This document shows positions 1 to 12,600 of a DNA stretch of 64,000 bases, one piece after another (position 1 is the stretch's first letter; every line of letters starts with the position of its first letter). The DNA is taken from the NCBI RefSeq assembly GCF_003704095.1, contig NW_020845558.1, positions 496,001 to 560,000 on the forward strand, written 5' to 3'. Origin of the DNA: Pocillopora damicornis (lineage: Eukaryota). The notes under the pieces are model-generated. The model saw only the letters and a list, made by a program, of their open reading frames with translations, did no database searches and was not told the origin of the DNA. The position numbers were made by a program, and so were the translations under genes.

Positions 1-2532
1 AAATCTAGATATTGAGGCTACGAAACTGTGAAGTGAGCATCTAAACAAGAGCTATCGCCATATGAATTATGGTAATTTTGATCAAAATTAACTGCTTTAG
101 TATTCGTGCCTTCCGAATTGTGTCGCTTCCAAAACCCTAGCTATTGATCAGTCTTTTCAAATCAGTTCAGAAATGCATCACAATTTAAAGCAAAAGCATT
201 TTGTAACTGAGAGAGTACGTCTTCATGACCAACCTGTCAATTCACACGTCGTTGTAGCCACTAGAAATCGAAATTGTCCTTCGTACCAGTGCACGCATTT
301 CCGAAGTGTTCCTGTTGGGCTGACACTGTTCCTGTCATTTAAAATTAACTATTCCAGCAACAGAGAAAACCACACAGGCGTCGTATTACAAGCACACAAC
401 GGACAGGCTGCCAGGTAAGGGTTAAAGCTGAGGTTTATGGTCTGAAGTACACAAATTCTCTGAAATTAAGAAATTTGGATGTGAAAATGAGGAAATGTAA
501 CGTGGTCTGTCGTTCCTTACGTCTGTGCTCAGCTCGTTTCTCTCCTTCTTCTCATCTACGTTTTTAATGACAGTTTTTTCGCGTTCATCCTGGATGGAGT
601 CTTAAAATGTGGGCCGAAACCAAGCGCGGTTGAGGGGAAACAATGGGCAAAACTTTCGAAAACATTTGAGCATAAAGCATTTTATATTCGATCGGTTTTA
701 ATACTTGGAATAAGACAACATCCAAGAGTTATTCGGGAAATTCGCTTCTTTGAATCGGCCAGCTGCATACTTCACACGCGCCATGGGCAGGCGTTGAGGA
801 ACACACAGAAGCCATAGAAACAATATGTAAAAAACATAGCTTCGCCAATCTGGCATATCCAAACGAAATAAAACCGAAATAAAAAAAACCTTAAGCATTT
901 AGATATCTGTCGCACCTTTGTTATCGTTTCGTCCCAAAATTATTATAACTCTCAATGCTCAATATTGCATTTGCCATGTTCTTGGCTTCAATTTTGTTCA
1001 TATGCTATGTTTTATCAACATTTTTCAGGAAGTTGGAAAGCAACAGCTGAAATATCATGTTTGTAGAGCAAATGATAATACCTTGATATTGATCAAGTTT
1101 ATTACTTCCGTGAAACTCCATTTCATCAGAAATTACTTGATAAACCTTAAGTCATTTGACGGAACTCTTTGCCTCTCAGGCAAACAATTCGGGGGCGGAT
1201 CGATTAATTTAAAACTAGAAATAAACGATCTTCTTTATAATCCCTTAACTGAATTGAATCTATGATTTCAAATTGAGCAGTAACTCCTCATCTTTAACAA
1301 AGAATCGACGGAATAACATGAACTAATTAATCTGTGTTTTGACTACTGTCCTCATATATTACAAGATGATATGACAACTGAAAATAATTGAAATTTCCTT
1401 TATCTTTTCGCTCATGAATTTGCCTTCAAACGTTTCCCTGCCATCAACTGCAGTTAGCATGACATCTCGTTTGTAGTAACGAAAGCATTTCAAGAAATCG
1501 TAACATTTAAGTCAAGCTTTGTCAATACTTACCCCTAATTTAATGAGGATGAGTGCCTTTGATGAAATAGAATACAAAATAGCCCTAGAAGTGGAAGAAA
1601 TTAAATTCTAGTTTCGCTTTTCCAATCAGACCAATCAATTTTACCCTGGATATGCAAACAAATCAGCAATGAGTCTGACTGAGTAAGACTGTGCTAATAA
1701 ACAAAAAATTAAATTCACGCGATTTGAGCATCCGAGTCAAAAGACTAAATTTGGAAGTGGTTTGAATCTTACGATTCCATCTTGAATAGAAGGAGGAATG
1801 GCAATAAATGACTCATTCACAAGTCTGTTCATCATCGAATTTCGCAGGTGAATGAATTGATCACATGTAACGGCTAGGAGTTGGCGTTTAATTTGAGTCA
1901 CTTTCTAATACATAAACTCCGTCTCTATCCCAAATTATGGCACAAGAACAGTCCAGTAACTACACCTTTAGATTTCGGGAGATCAAAAGTCATAGCTACA
2001 TCTCTAAGATTCTCAATCAAAATGCATTTAGTCTCAAAGGGAAGTGCATGGAATTATCTGAATATAACAACGGAAGCAAAAACAAAACTTTCCAAGGATT
2101 TTCAAAATAAGAAGGCCAGAAAGTATTAAATTAAAATGAAAAGAAAACAGATATGAAGATTTTCGGCTTCAATGTCCAAGACAACTGTGGGGTATAACCT
2201 TGAAAAATGTATATCAACCAAATAGCTTCCAGAATATCTCACGTGCAGACGTTAAGAAATGAAGACTAAGAATAAAGAATTATGACGTGACCCGAAGGTC
2301 AATATGATTCATCCAGCTTCTTTTTAGGTACCGGTTTGTTTGCCGACAAAATAGTAAAAGTGAACGTTAGGGTGAAGTATCCGCATTATTTAGGGATAAA
2401 CTTCAAAGACTGCCGCCTCGAAGTCTGCGATTAAAAAGCACGCCTGCGCTAGCGCCTTGTTGGTTAGCCATTTAAGTAAACAGAGAAGTTTGAATAATAT
2501 ATTTCATATATTAGTTTATTCATTAAGGACGT

Positions 2533-2960
2533 AGCCCGGTTCAGAAGTCGTGATTCTGTCGTGTTGAACTTGATTGCAATTAAGTTCGACTGGAGCACGG
2601 CAGGAGCAAGACTCTGATTCAGTCGTTGGGCGATGTCTTCGTGGAAAATTAAGGATTTACTAAAGCCAAGTAAAACTTTATGGTCGTAATTCCCACGTAT
2701 TCCCGCGGGAGTGCAATCTCACCAAAATACATTAACGTGACTAAAGTGCTTTATTTATTTTATTTGGCTCGGCAGGCGCACGACGTTTGAGTCGCTGTCG
2801 CGCCAGAGTCATGCAGCACGGCAGAGCTTTTCCGCGGACTTTTAAGTGCTTGCCGAACTTGATTAAAACGTTTTTAAAATTGAGACGCCGTGCTTCTGCC
2901 GTGCCTTTGTCAAACTTAATTCCTGGACGGTAGGAGCACGACAGCTGAACTGAGCCTTAA
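2533..2960. mobile_element. MITE with ~30-bp imperfect TIRs and internal GCACGGCAG sub-repeats
   Basis: Left end GCCCGGTTCAGAAGTCGTGATTCTGTCGT versus reverse complement of right end GCTCAGTTCAGCTGTCGTGCTCCTACCGT; TTAA at both flanks. Confidence 0.55.
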
Positions 2961-4180
2961 TGATCGAAATGTTGCGCAGCTGTTTTTACACAAGTAGATC
3001 AATTCATTCTCTTATTCTGTCACATCTATAGCAGTATATTTTTAAGGGGGTAACCGTTGCTTGCTCAAAAAGAGCGCTGAAGTTTGTACGGACTCCCTTC
3101 AACTTCGAAACTAAAACAGTTTATTCAGGAGCCTCGTTGTTGTGATGACGCAAATGAAATGCTCGAAAATTTTCTTTTTCCAGAACTGGTTACGTTTTTA
3201 CTTGGACAACAAATTTAGTTTTGCAGATGCATTTTATGATATGCTGGATGTGAATGAGATAAAAGCGAATTGCCGACAAAAATGGCAGTGTTAAAACACT
3301 GTAAAACATTCGAAAGGAACATGCTTGGTGATAAGAGCTGAAGTGGCATTGAACGATGTCCATGCAAATAAAGACCGCATTTGTTTCTAAGGCTGTAAAT
3401 TGAAAAGTAATGCATGATAAACATATGACAAATATTGATGCACCCTTTGAGCAAGGTGTCATTTAGGACCTTTTTCTCTACACGATAGCAGGTTGGTATT
3501 TGAATAGGGGCACAAAAAGGATCAAGGAGATTTGTTGAATAAAATATCTACGTCAGCCGTTCACGTGCTGATAACCCTTGCGTCTATTTAGAATCAATTT
3601 TTATTGTTAAAATTGGAGATAAAAGAATCTCACCATGAAAATATTCCCTTTGGTTTCCTCCAGCATTACCCCATGCAGTGGGTAATATTTAACTGTCATA
3701 AAAAAGCATATTTTTATCGAAATAAAATGAGTTGTTTTTGTCCTTTTAAACCACAAATGACTGAAAACAGTTTAAAGTGTAATAGAACACCTCTAATCAT
3801 TTTTTTTTAATTTTGTAATCACTGGTTATTTGACATTTTTCATTCAAACTAAAATGCTCTCGTTTAATTATTGAATATCAATGAGGATCATCTTATCTCC
3901 AGAAATGATGCAAATCAAAGTATGAAGATTAGCAATCCAAGATTGAATGAAAAATTGTATAAAATTCCATTAAAATGATAATTTAAAGCCGGTCTAGGTT
4001 AAAAAGTCATAAGAAATGTTTTTTTATGGCTAGGACAAGTTTAAAGCAGCACGAGAAAACGTACAAATGTAACGAGGCCACCAATTAGGAACAAAACGCA
4101 AACGATTAATTTAAACGACCTATTTTAACTTTAATTTGTTCAAGAGTTTTAGAATTGGAAGGAAAAAGTATTGTTTACCC

Positions 4181-4760
4181 GTAATTAGGGTTGAAAATTT
4201 TTGTCTTATCACGGAAACACTTGGAGAGTCTGCTGGTTCCAGAGCAAAATACTTTTCAAGGAAGTTACGGCTAGGTGACAAATTTACCTCACTTAACTAG
4301 ATCCCCAAGGCTAAATTCAAAAGTTTGATCCCTTCTTGTGCATATCTACATCTAGGAGCCTTGGAAATTGAACGTAACAAAGCAATCTTTCAGTAATTAG
4401 GGTAAAGATAAAATTTACTTTGCACGGAAAAGGTTTGATCAACACGCTAGCAAAGTGACATATTGCTTAAACTCTTTGGAAGAATTACGTTTGCCCCTCT
4501 GTTGGCGTACTTAAATACTTTTGTAATAATAAGTAGCAACGTGATTGAATACTTCAAATTTTCCAACTCAAACTGCGACAAAATAGGGCCAAGATAAAAT
4601 CGTCTTTCAAGAAACCATTCGGAAAGTCTAATCGCCGGTTAAGTGACAATTTTCCCTCTAAATTCGCTGCTGGAGTCATTTTCGCTCCTCTGTTGGCTCA
4701 TTCTATACCCTCATAATAAATAGTTACAAGCTGAGATGTCAATTCAAACTGTGTCAATAT
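4181..4760. repeat. Old tandem triplication, ~190-210-bp unit
   Basis: Units start at ~4181, ~4393 and ~4581 with (GTA)ATTAGGG..AAGATAAAAT. Units 2 and 3 share AAGTGACA, CCTCTGTTGGC and TAATAA. Confidence 0.5.
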
Positions 4761-5811
4761 ACATTTATGCGGGCGACCCACACATTCGTTAACAAAAATA
4801 TTCAATATTCATGAGTTTACCTTTTCCTATAAAACTCAATTAGGTATGTCAAAAGGTAGAACATTGGAGGAAAATTAACACACCTAAAGAGAGAGGAAAA
4901 AAAGAAGCAAAATCAACAAAGACAGACGGCGTGTTTCAAACACTTGGCAACCAAAGTTGACACCGTCTTAAAAGGGAACACGTAAAAAGTTGCCTGTTTG
5001 AGCAAACCTTACAAGCATTTGGTTCACTCTAGATCAGAGTAACAAGGGAAACGTCGATCGAAAAGATACAGAAAAATAAACGACACGAACAACGAAAATC
5101 ACTGGTCAAAAGCGGCATCGAGAAGACAGGTAAACAAAAAGAACTCTAAATAAAACCTTATTGTAAAGTTAAGATATGCTATTCACGTCAAATTCCAGAC
5201 CAAAGAAATAGGTTCAATACGATTTTTATTTCCAACCTTACTGTTTTCCTCATGTGACGATCCTTAATTCTGTCTGTTTGGTCTTGTTCGGCCTCTGTTC
5301 GATTCATTCCGAATAATTTAGGTAAACAAATCGGGCCTAGGACTTAGGGTCTCTTAATCTGACTAGGGAACTGCTTCCTGAGTAATTATTTGGTGAAAGC
5401 TATCTTTTCATCCCTAATATTTAAAGGCTCTACTCTCTCAAAGATGTCATATACCTTAATTAATATTTTTTTGCCCTCGTGCTCGGCCTTAATCTCAACA
5501 CTACGTAGGAATTTACATTAAAATCAGTTCGGTGCTATTGCATCGACAATGTATAAAGAAGAGAGTTATGGCGGTAAAAAGCAGTAAGTTGAAATTACAT
5601 TCTTAATACGATTGCCTAAAACTTTCCAATTCTCCAGTTGTTTCTAACATGCAATATCGGCTACATTTAACAACTGTAAACGTTCTGTCGGCAGTGCAAA
5701 CTGGTACCTTTTTTATTAGCATCCCTTTGATAAGTCGGTCGTAATTCAAAAACCGCACTCAGAAAATTGTGCATATTAAAACTCGCGGAGGGCAATATTT
5801 TTCCTTCGACT

Positions 5812-5910
5812 TCAGTCCATAACTAGTTTTTCGTTCAGTACCCCATGGTTGAACAATTTTAGTCCAGTCTGAAAACTTGGTTCAACTGCCACAAGAACTA
5901 AATTTAACAG
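5812..5910 (+). other. Probable non-coding 5' UTR exon of the GPCR
   Basis: Strong donor ACAG|GTAAGA at 5910/5911 is the nearest good partner for the acceptor at 6660. TCAGT initiator-like motifs at ~5812 and ~5835. The start coordinate is a guess. Confidence 0.4.
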
Positions 5911-6671
5911 GTAAGAGCAAATCTTACTATGATCTGACAATGTCCATCGTAGTTTAACACTTTCTCAAAGATCACATCGATAAATCAACTCCTTGGCAAA
6001 CGACATAATTTGTGCTTCTTACTATTGTTACAGTAAATCCATGATATCAAAAAGAAATTTTTATCCCAGGAAATATTTCTGTACATTGTCAACGCCAGAG
6101 TCAATTGAAGAACAAATCAGGAGCCTAAGACCTTGTGAAGTCGCCAAGTCCCTGAATTTGTCTAACCGTTTTTAAATATTTGCACCTAATGTGAATTCAA
6201 AATTTTTATTAAAAGTAAAACGCTGAATGGTATTGATGGCAGAATATATTTCAAAATATACAAATATGATATCAATAAATATCCATCTTCACTGAGCCTC
6301 CAGAACGGAATTATAGTGCAAGGTAAATTATATTTTTTCCCAGATTTCACGCCATGCCATGTGTCTGCGTCAGGATAATGAGTAAAGTCAAAATATATCT
6401 GCCTGTTTCGTAATCACATGAACGCTCCATCAGAAACTTAATCTCTTCAATAACTCGGCGTGGTAAAACAAACCGTGCAGAAATTGCTAAAATTGAATGG
6501 TTATTGCTGATCTTGCCGGTTTTTCAATTGTTAAACTGCCAAACTCACCAAAGCAAACACCACTTTACTTTTGAGGTATTTACAAACGTGGGCTGGGAAG
6601 TACTTTACCTGCTTCTATTTAAATTGCAGTAACATATTTTCTTCCCCGATCCTTTTTCAGGAACAAGGAAA

Positions 6672-7643
6672 ATGGCTAACCAATCAAATCCAAGTATGGT
6701 TCGCCCCCCTCCCCTGATTGATAATGAAACTTTCAAAAGAGAGGCAGTTATCACATGGTGTGCCTTTTACGTCCAAATTGCTTTCCTTGCAGTCTTTGGC
6801 AATGGACTAGTTGTGGCATCCTTCATTCGGTACTCGCGACTACGTACGATAACAAATTACTTCGTGGCCAGCCTCGCTGTAGCAGATATCTTGGTCGGCC
6901 TCGTCTCCATACCCATATGGATCTCAATGCTACTTTATTCAACAGGAGGTAAAACGTTAGGGAACATTTACTACATCCTTGACATCTTTGCCGGTACCTG
7001 CTCCATTCTGCATCTCGTGACCATCAGCTTAGAGCGCTTCTTTGCTGTGGTTTATCCAATTCGTCGCCGAAACACCTCACCCAAAGTCTACTATATATTT
7101 TTGGTGGCCGTGTGGATTATTCCAGCCGCAGCATCTCTATCTGCACTGGAACTAAGGGAAATCAACCGCAAAGCTAATATGATGTTTCTTTTCATGGGAT
7201 TCTTCGTAATTCCATTGTTGGTCATTCTGTTCACTTACGCAAAGATTTGGCTCACGGCCAGGAATCGAATACAGCCGGCTCGGGACAGTTCACGATCGAT
7301 AAAACGTGACATGCGTATTGCAGTTACCATTGCGTTAGTTATTGGCTTTTTCGTAATTGCCTGGTTACCTTTCTTTACAGTTCAGTTACTAATAGTGTTT
7401 TGCGAGTCATGCAAACCCAGAATTTACAACACCGACCTGCTTTTGTTCGTAAAGTATATGCATTACAGCAATTCAGCGATCAATCCTATTGTCTACGCTG
7501 TGAAAATCCCAGAGTTCCGTCGAGCCTTCAAGCAGTTAGTTTGCTGCTGTGATAGCGGAACCCCATCCGTCACAGAAATTGTATCAGGAACAGACATGCG
7601 TGTCGCCTCACATACCTCTCACGAAAGAGCTTTGTCGCATTAA
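6672..7643 (+). CDS. Class A (rhodopsin-like) GPCR, biogenic-amine/adenosine-receptor-like, 323 aa, single coding exon
   Basis: Seven hydrophobic segments with family motifs GN (TM1), SLAVADILVG (TM2), LERF (DRY variant, TM3), W (TM4), FFVIP (TM5), FVIAWLPFF (TM6) and NSAINPIVY (NPxxY, TM7). Helix 8 (EFRRAF) is followed by a CCC palmitoylation-type cluster. A splice acceptor (ttttcag, ending 6660) lies just upstream of the ATG; AATAAA at 7769-7774. Confidence 0.95.
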   Translation: MANQSNPSMVRPPPLIDNETFKREAVITWCAFYVQIAFLAVFGNGLVVASFIRYSRLRTITNYFVASLAVADILVGLVSIPIWISMLLYSTGGKTLGNIYYILDIFAGTCSILHLVTISLERFFAVVYPIRRRNTSPKVYYIFLVAVWIIPAAASLSALELREINRKANMMFLFMGFFVIPLLVILFTYAKIWLTARNRIQPARDSSRSIKRDMRIAVTIALVIGFFVIAWLPFFTVQLLIVFCESCKPRIYNTDLLLFVKYMHYSNSAINPIVYAVKIPEFRRAFKQLVCCCDSGTPSVTEIVSGTDMRVASHTSHERALSH

Positions 7644-8359
7644 AAATATAAACATTTCAATACAAAGATTCCATATCCCAAGTTTGTGGTCAATTGGCAG
7701 GAATATAATTCAGATATTTTCAAAGATTGAGAAATACAACAATGAATATTTGAGTAGTTTCAGTTTAAAATAAATTTCCCATGAGCCAAGAAACTAAAAG
7801 AGCCCGCCACATCATCGATACATTTCTGCTCATTGAGATTCGTTCCGAACTCCATCGGATAATAATTAAGAGGTGATATCGTATGGGTGAAATTGCTGAT
7901 AAGTAATGTAATGACCATGTTTACCATTCATTTATTGGAGAAAACTTCGTCATCTATTCTCAGCTTTTGAAAGAGCGGAAAAATTAACTTGCAGCTGTAA
8001 ATCACCTCTCGAAAATTTTTTAAAGAACCTACTCGTTAAGCAGAAATGCTTTCTCACGGGAAAAATGATAAAAGATAAGCAAACGCAGCAGCGGAAAATG
8101 TTCGCTTGCAGGTTGATTTGAAAGGCTCCCTTGCTCTACCCATTGTGGAAAAATCAAGACCTCCATGAATACAATGAGGGGCGAACTTTGAAGGTAAAAT
8201 TTTGCAAATGTAACTTCAAATGTTGTCAATAACACTAGTAAATCAATAAAATTAATTTTGAAATATTGCTACATATATGATAAGTTTAGTTTTGTTTTCA
8301 GCCGGACTGAGATTAGTCAGAAGCTCTTACATAGCTTTATATCCCTTCTTGTCAACTTT

Positions 8360-8680
8360 ACTCTACCAGTTGTGCGAAATATCTTTAGCGCGAAGCATCA
8401 TTCTGTCAGTGGTACGTATATTTACATTGTCAGTTGTTTGTATTACCATATCAATTGTATACAGTCACACTGTCAGTTTTAAACCTCACTCGGTCATTTG
8501 CATTTTAGGCACTTGTATTGTTAGTTGTAAACATCAGGCGGTTAGTTGTAAGCTCTCATCCAGTGCAGTCAGTTTTACGCACTTATTCGCTCAGTTGAAA
8601 GCATCACTCGCTGCCAGTTATATGCATTTAATCGGTCGGTTGAAAACATTTCTCTATCAGTTATACGGATTCTATTTGGA
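8360..8680. repeat. Degenerate ~22-bp minisatellite with a YAGTT core
   Basis: Core at 8407, 8431, 8452, 8474, 8495, 8522, 8543, 8570, 8592, 8615, 8637, 8658 (spacings 21-27). Confidence 0.7.
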
Positions 8681-9600
8681 GCAACACTCGATCACCCAGT
8701 CGCTAGGCACTTGGTCTAACGAAGACCGTGCGCCATGTGCGTGCAGCCCTCTCACTACGATGAATAGTGAACTCCACACGATTTCACGCTTACTTCGCAC
8801 GTAGACTTGATATGCATATGAAATTTTCCAGTAAAAGGCATGTGAAAAGCAGCTGAAGATATTTAAAAACTTTTATCACTTTCAAACGGTGTTTCCACAT
8901 TCTTTCCTCTTTTCAACTGTTCTGTAAGCATGTATGTAAGAAGCTTGCTACCACGCGAGCGCTTGAGAGCCAGAAGGACGAATTGTGACTGTACAGGCCC
9001 AATACCTCCATCGGAGCGTTGGAGTAAGAAAACGCATGCTTCACACGCCGATCGTACGGTTCGTCATAGTTTCTCCCAGGAAATCAAGTACCTTATCGAG
9101 CGCTCATTGTCAGTATGGAGTTATCCTTTTTTAGAATAACCGGCGGTAGGAGTCCTTTTTGTACTTGGAAAAGACTATCGGACAAGGAATATTTATAAAA
9201 ATATTTATTGGACTCATGATGGCGCATTAAAGCACTTTCTCATACTATTGTAAAACAAATCTGTTTTCCCAATGACAATATACTGTTTTTTATTATAGTT
9301 ATCTCTATCCAAGAACTGAATGCATAATGAAGTATGGGGCTGTGCGGAAATTTTACCCCAGGAAATTACCTAAAGGAAAAGAAGTAAAGGAACAAGGAAA
9401 TTTCTCGGCTTTACCGGCTACGGTTTATTCAAATTACTATCGCGATTATGTAAGAGCCGTTTTATTCTGCGACGTTTGATTGACAGCCCATTCATTCAAA
9501 TCCATTACATTTGCATATTGTTTTCGTTTATGTGACCTTGTGTAATTTTAGCTAACTCGTGATAAACCTACCTATTTGCCAGTCACGAATGTAGTTTTGC

Positions 9601-9610
9601 CTATATATAA
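9601..9610 (+). promoter_or_regulatory. Candidate TATA box of SLC6 gene A
   Basis: CTATATATAA about 65-70 nt upstream of the ATG at 9675; octamer ATTTGCAT at 9509-9516. Confidence 0.45.
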
Positions 9611-9674
9611 GAAGTATTTCCAGGTTGAAAGACAAAAGCGACAGGTACGCGCAGCGATCGATTGACTATTGAGA

Positions 9675-12600
9675 ATGTCAGAAAAGGACAGTAATGGTGC
9701 TATGGTGGACAACAGTAAATCCTTCGCGAGACCTAAAGACAGCCGCGCTGCTCTGGTCGAGCCGATGGCGATAGAGGAGCACGAGGTAGTCGTCGAGGAT
9801 GACCGAGAGAAATGGGGTAAAAAATTGGACTTCATGCTCTCGTGCGTTGGTTACGCGGTGGGGCTAGGCAATGTTTGGAGGTTTCCATACTTGTGCTACG
9901 AAAATGGTGGAGGTACGTGATATAGCGTACATTCTTTGCGTAAAGTGTTGATAAGTTACCCCGCACAATGTTTGAACTTGTTCCCTAACTCAAGGGTCTT
10001 CCTTTGATCACAGGCTGTTTGGCTTTCAGAACGTTTCACGTCGATTTCAAGCCGAAACGCTTAGATTAACAATTAACAAGGCTTACGATTTGAACGCGTC
10101 ATTTTGTGGGATCCCTCTATTTCTTAGTCTAATTTGCATAAATGCCCAGTAGTGTGTTAGAAATAGCCGTTCGTCAGTTTGAGCGTTCTTTGCGACTAAA
10201 GGAACGAGCAGAATAAAAATGCAGCCGGATTTGCAATATACTTTGTCGTTGGATGATTCTCCTTTGTAAGCGAAAGTATCCTAAAATTCTACATCAATCT
10301 CTGCGCCGCTTCTACCGGTGATCTTTGTTTGTGTAAATTAAATAAACAGTAGGAACTCAGAAAGCCGGGACTCCACGGTAGTATCAATTTCAAAACCGAA
10401 ATCGCTCACAGTTTTGTAGATCTGCTAGTAGTTTTAGCAGATCGATTTGCGTGTCATTTTCCTTGAGTTGTCAATTAATTATGCGCAAGGTTGGGCTGTT
10501 ATCATCGAGACCAGTCTAGAAAAAAAAAGCATCAACATAGACGTAACTTTGATCATGTTATAATAGCTGAACGAATTCAGACAGCATGTAGCGACGTGTC
10601 GACATTTTCTCAGAGATGTTTTTTGTTTTCGGGTTTTCGCGCCCTTGGCGCATCACTAAGTCGACGTGGAAACAAATCTACAAATTCACAGTAGCGAGTA
10701 GCAAAACTGCTACGCGTGATTTGTTGATAAGTGGGCGTCTAGTGAACTTCAATAGCAATCTTTACATTGTAATTGTCTTTTGCCCATCAAAGGGTTACAA
10801 ATTAATGCAACAGTCATTGAGACAATCAAGGTGATTCGAGAGACTTCCTTCCTCTTTCATTTTCTAATACCTCTCCCATTGATTGCCATAAGGCAGGCGT
10901 CTAACCCTCTTTCAGACAGTTGGAAGCAACTTGATACTTGAAACAAATTCGTGACTGCTGGGTCATCATCGAAACCCGAATAATTTCATAAGTTACTCGA
11001 AAACTGAAAGACATAAACTTGTTTAACTAATTAGTTTCTTCGCACGATGGCAAGGTCCCTGAACAAATTTTATGAACGATGGGCTCGAGCCACCCTCTCT
11101 CCTGCCTACCCCTCTCACTCTCACCGACTTGGTTTCATCGCCATCCTATAGCAAGCTACTTCATCCCCGCGAAAATTTACAGGGTAGTACGAAAGTTTTA
11201 AAAGCCATGGTAATACTGTAAGATAAAAGTTACATCAAGATGGATATTTATCGCCAAACTAAGTCAACAAAGAGGCGGAACTCTCAACTGTTTACAAGTG
11301 GACGGAAGCGTTACTCAGGTCCTTGTCACGCCCCCAGAAATCTACCAATCACAAATTTTTCTATTAAGAGATTGAATGATTTGCACACAACGAACAATCC
11401 ATGATTGCAAACAGAAAGCAAAAAAAAAGAGAGAGACAGAAATCAAACTCTGCTGAAAAGAAATATTTGCAGCACCAAAAAATAGACATTGTGGAATTCA
11501 TAAAATTTATTGTAACCTTGTGTGTCACACTTCTCTGAAATAAGAACAAAATATTGGTCAATGATACTGATACTCACCTATTATATTCGCGTATGACACG
11601 AGTCAGGTGTTATATTTCTCTTTAAGAAACCTGCTTGAACTGCACACCGGTGAATGCCTATGGCATCCGCTAAAATTCTTCAACTTGTTTCCCGATCTTT
11701 GTTAATGTATCTAGTGAGGAGTTCCGTTGGATTACTAGAAATGCCTCGAGACTGAAAATTTTCCTCTGCGATTGACCGCGAATTTGCAACCAGTTTGGCC
11801 GCGAGTTTTGATATTTTCAAGATGGTTTTTCCGTTTCATCCCGATTGAGATTGACCTTTAGGAGCTCAAAATGAAAATAAAAATTTTGTTTATCCGTCAA
11901 CGTGTGTTCATGGGAATATGAATCACGCAAGAGGAGTGGTGAGCACAAGGGAAGGGTAAGAGTTGCTCGAGGCATTGCTCGAGGCGTAGGTCTTCATTTT
12001 CCACTTTCGAAATCGGGTAAGTTATTCAACAGCTCTTATTTCAACAGAGCTTGTGTTGGTCAAAAGACAATTCATGTCAAAAGACAATTCATTTAACATT
12101 CATGTCGCGCTGTCTTTCTCAAAGTTGTCAATTTGTTTCTGAGAAAACCGTTGCGTTGACAATGTTTACAAGCGATTGTCTCATCCGTCAGCTGTGTTCA
12201 TAGAGATATTCATGAAGCTAGACTTGCCCGCGGCTACGCCTCGAGCAACTCCAAGCCTGGTTCTCATTTATGGGGAAAATCCCATTTTACTGTTTCCCGA
12301 AAATTCCAGAATTTGTCGATATATCGAGAGAACTACAGATTTCTCCCCACGCCATTTTTACTTTAAACTCGGGTTACTGTGTTTTTTGTCGCACTTTGTA
12401 ATAACTGTTGCACTTCGAAGAAGCGTTCCCGACTTTCTCGATTTCTCATCAACCATCCCAGACAGTCGGAAATCCCTACGATTGCGAGTTTATCGGAAAA
12501 TCTGGGACGGTTGCGAAAAATTTGGTGTTACGATTGAATTTGAGTTTATTAATATCGTAACGACATATATTGATGAAAAATCTAAAGATGCGAATTGGCC

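Noticed and set aside
7440-7500. Opsin (TM7 lysine)
   Set aside because: The Lys is at 7.39, not the retinal-binding 7.43 (Tyr here), and other opsin hallmarks are absent.
8360-8680. CRISPR-like repeat/spacer array
   Set aside because: Eukaryotic context, the conserved core is only ~6-8 nt, spacers resemble one another, and there are no cas genes.
8277-8804. 175-aa ORF
   Set aside because: No recognisable domain; overlies the degenerate 22-bp repeat and is best explained by it.
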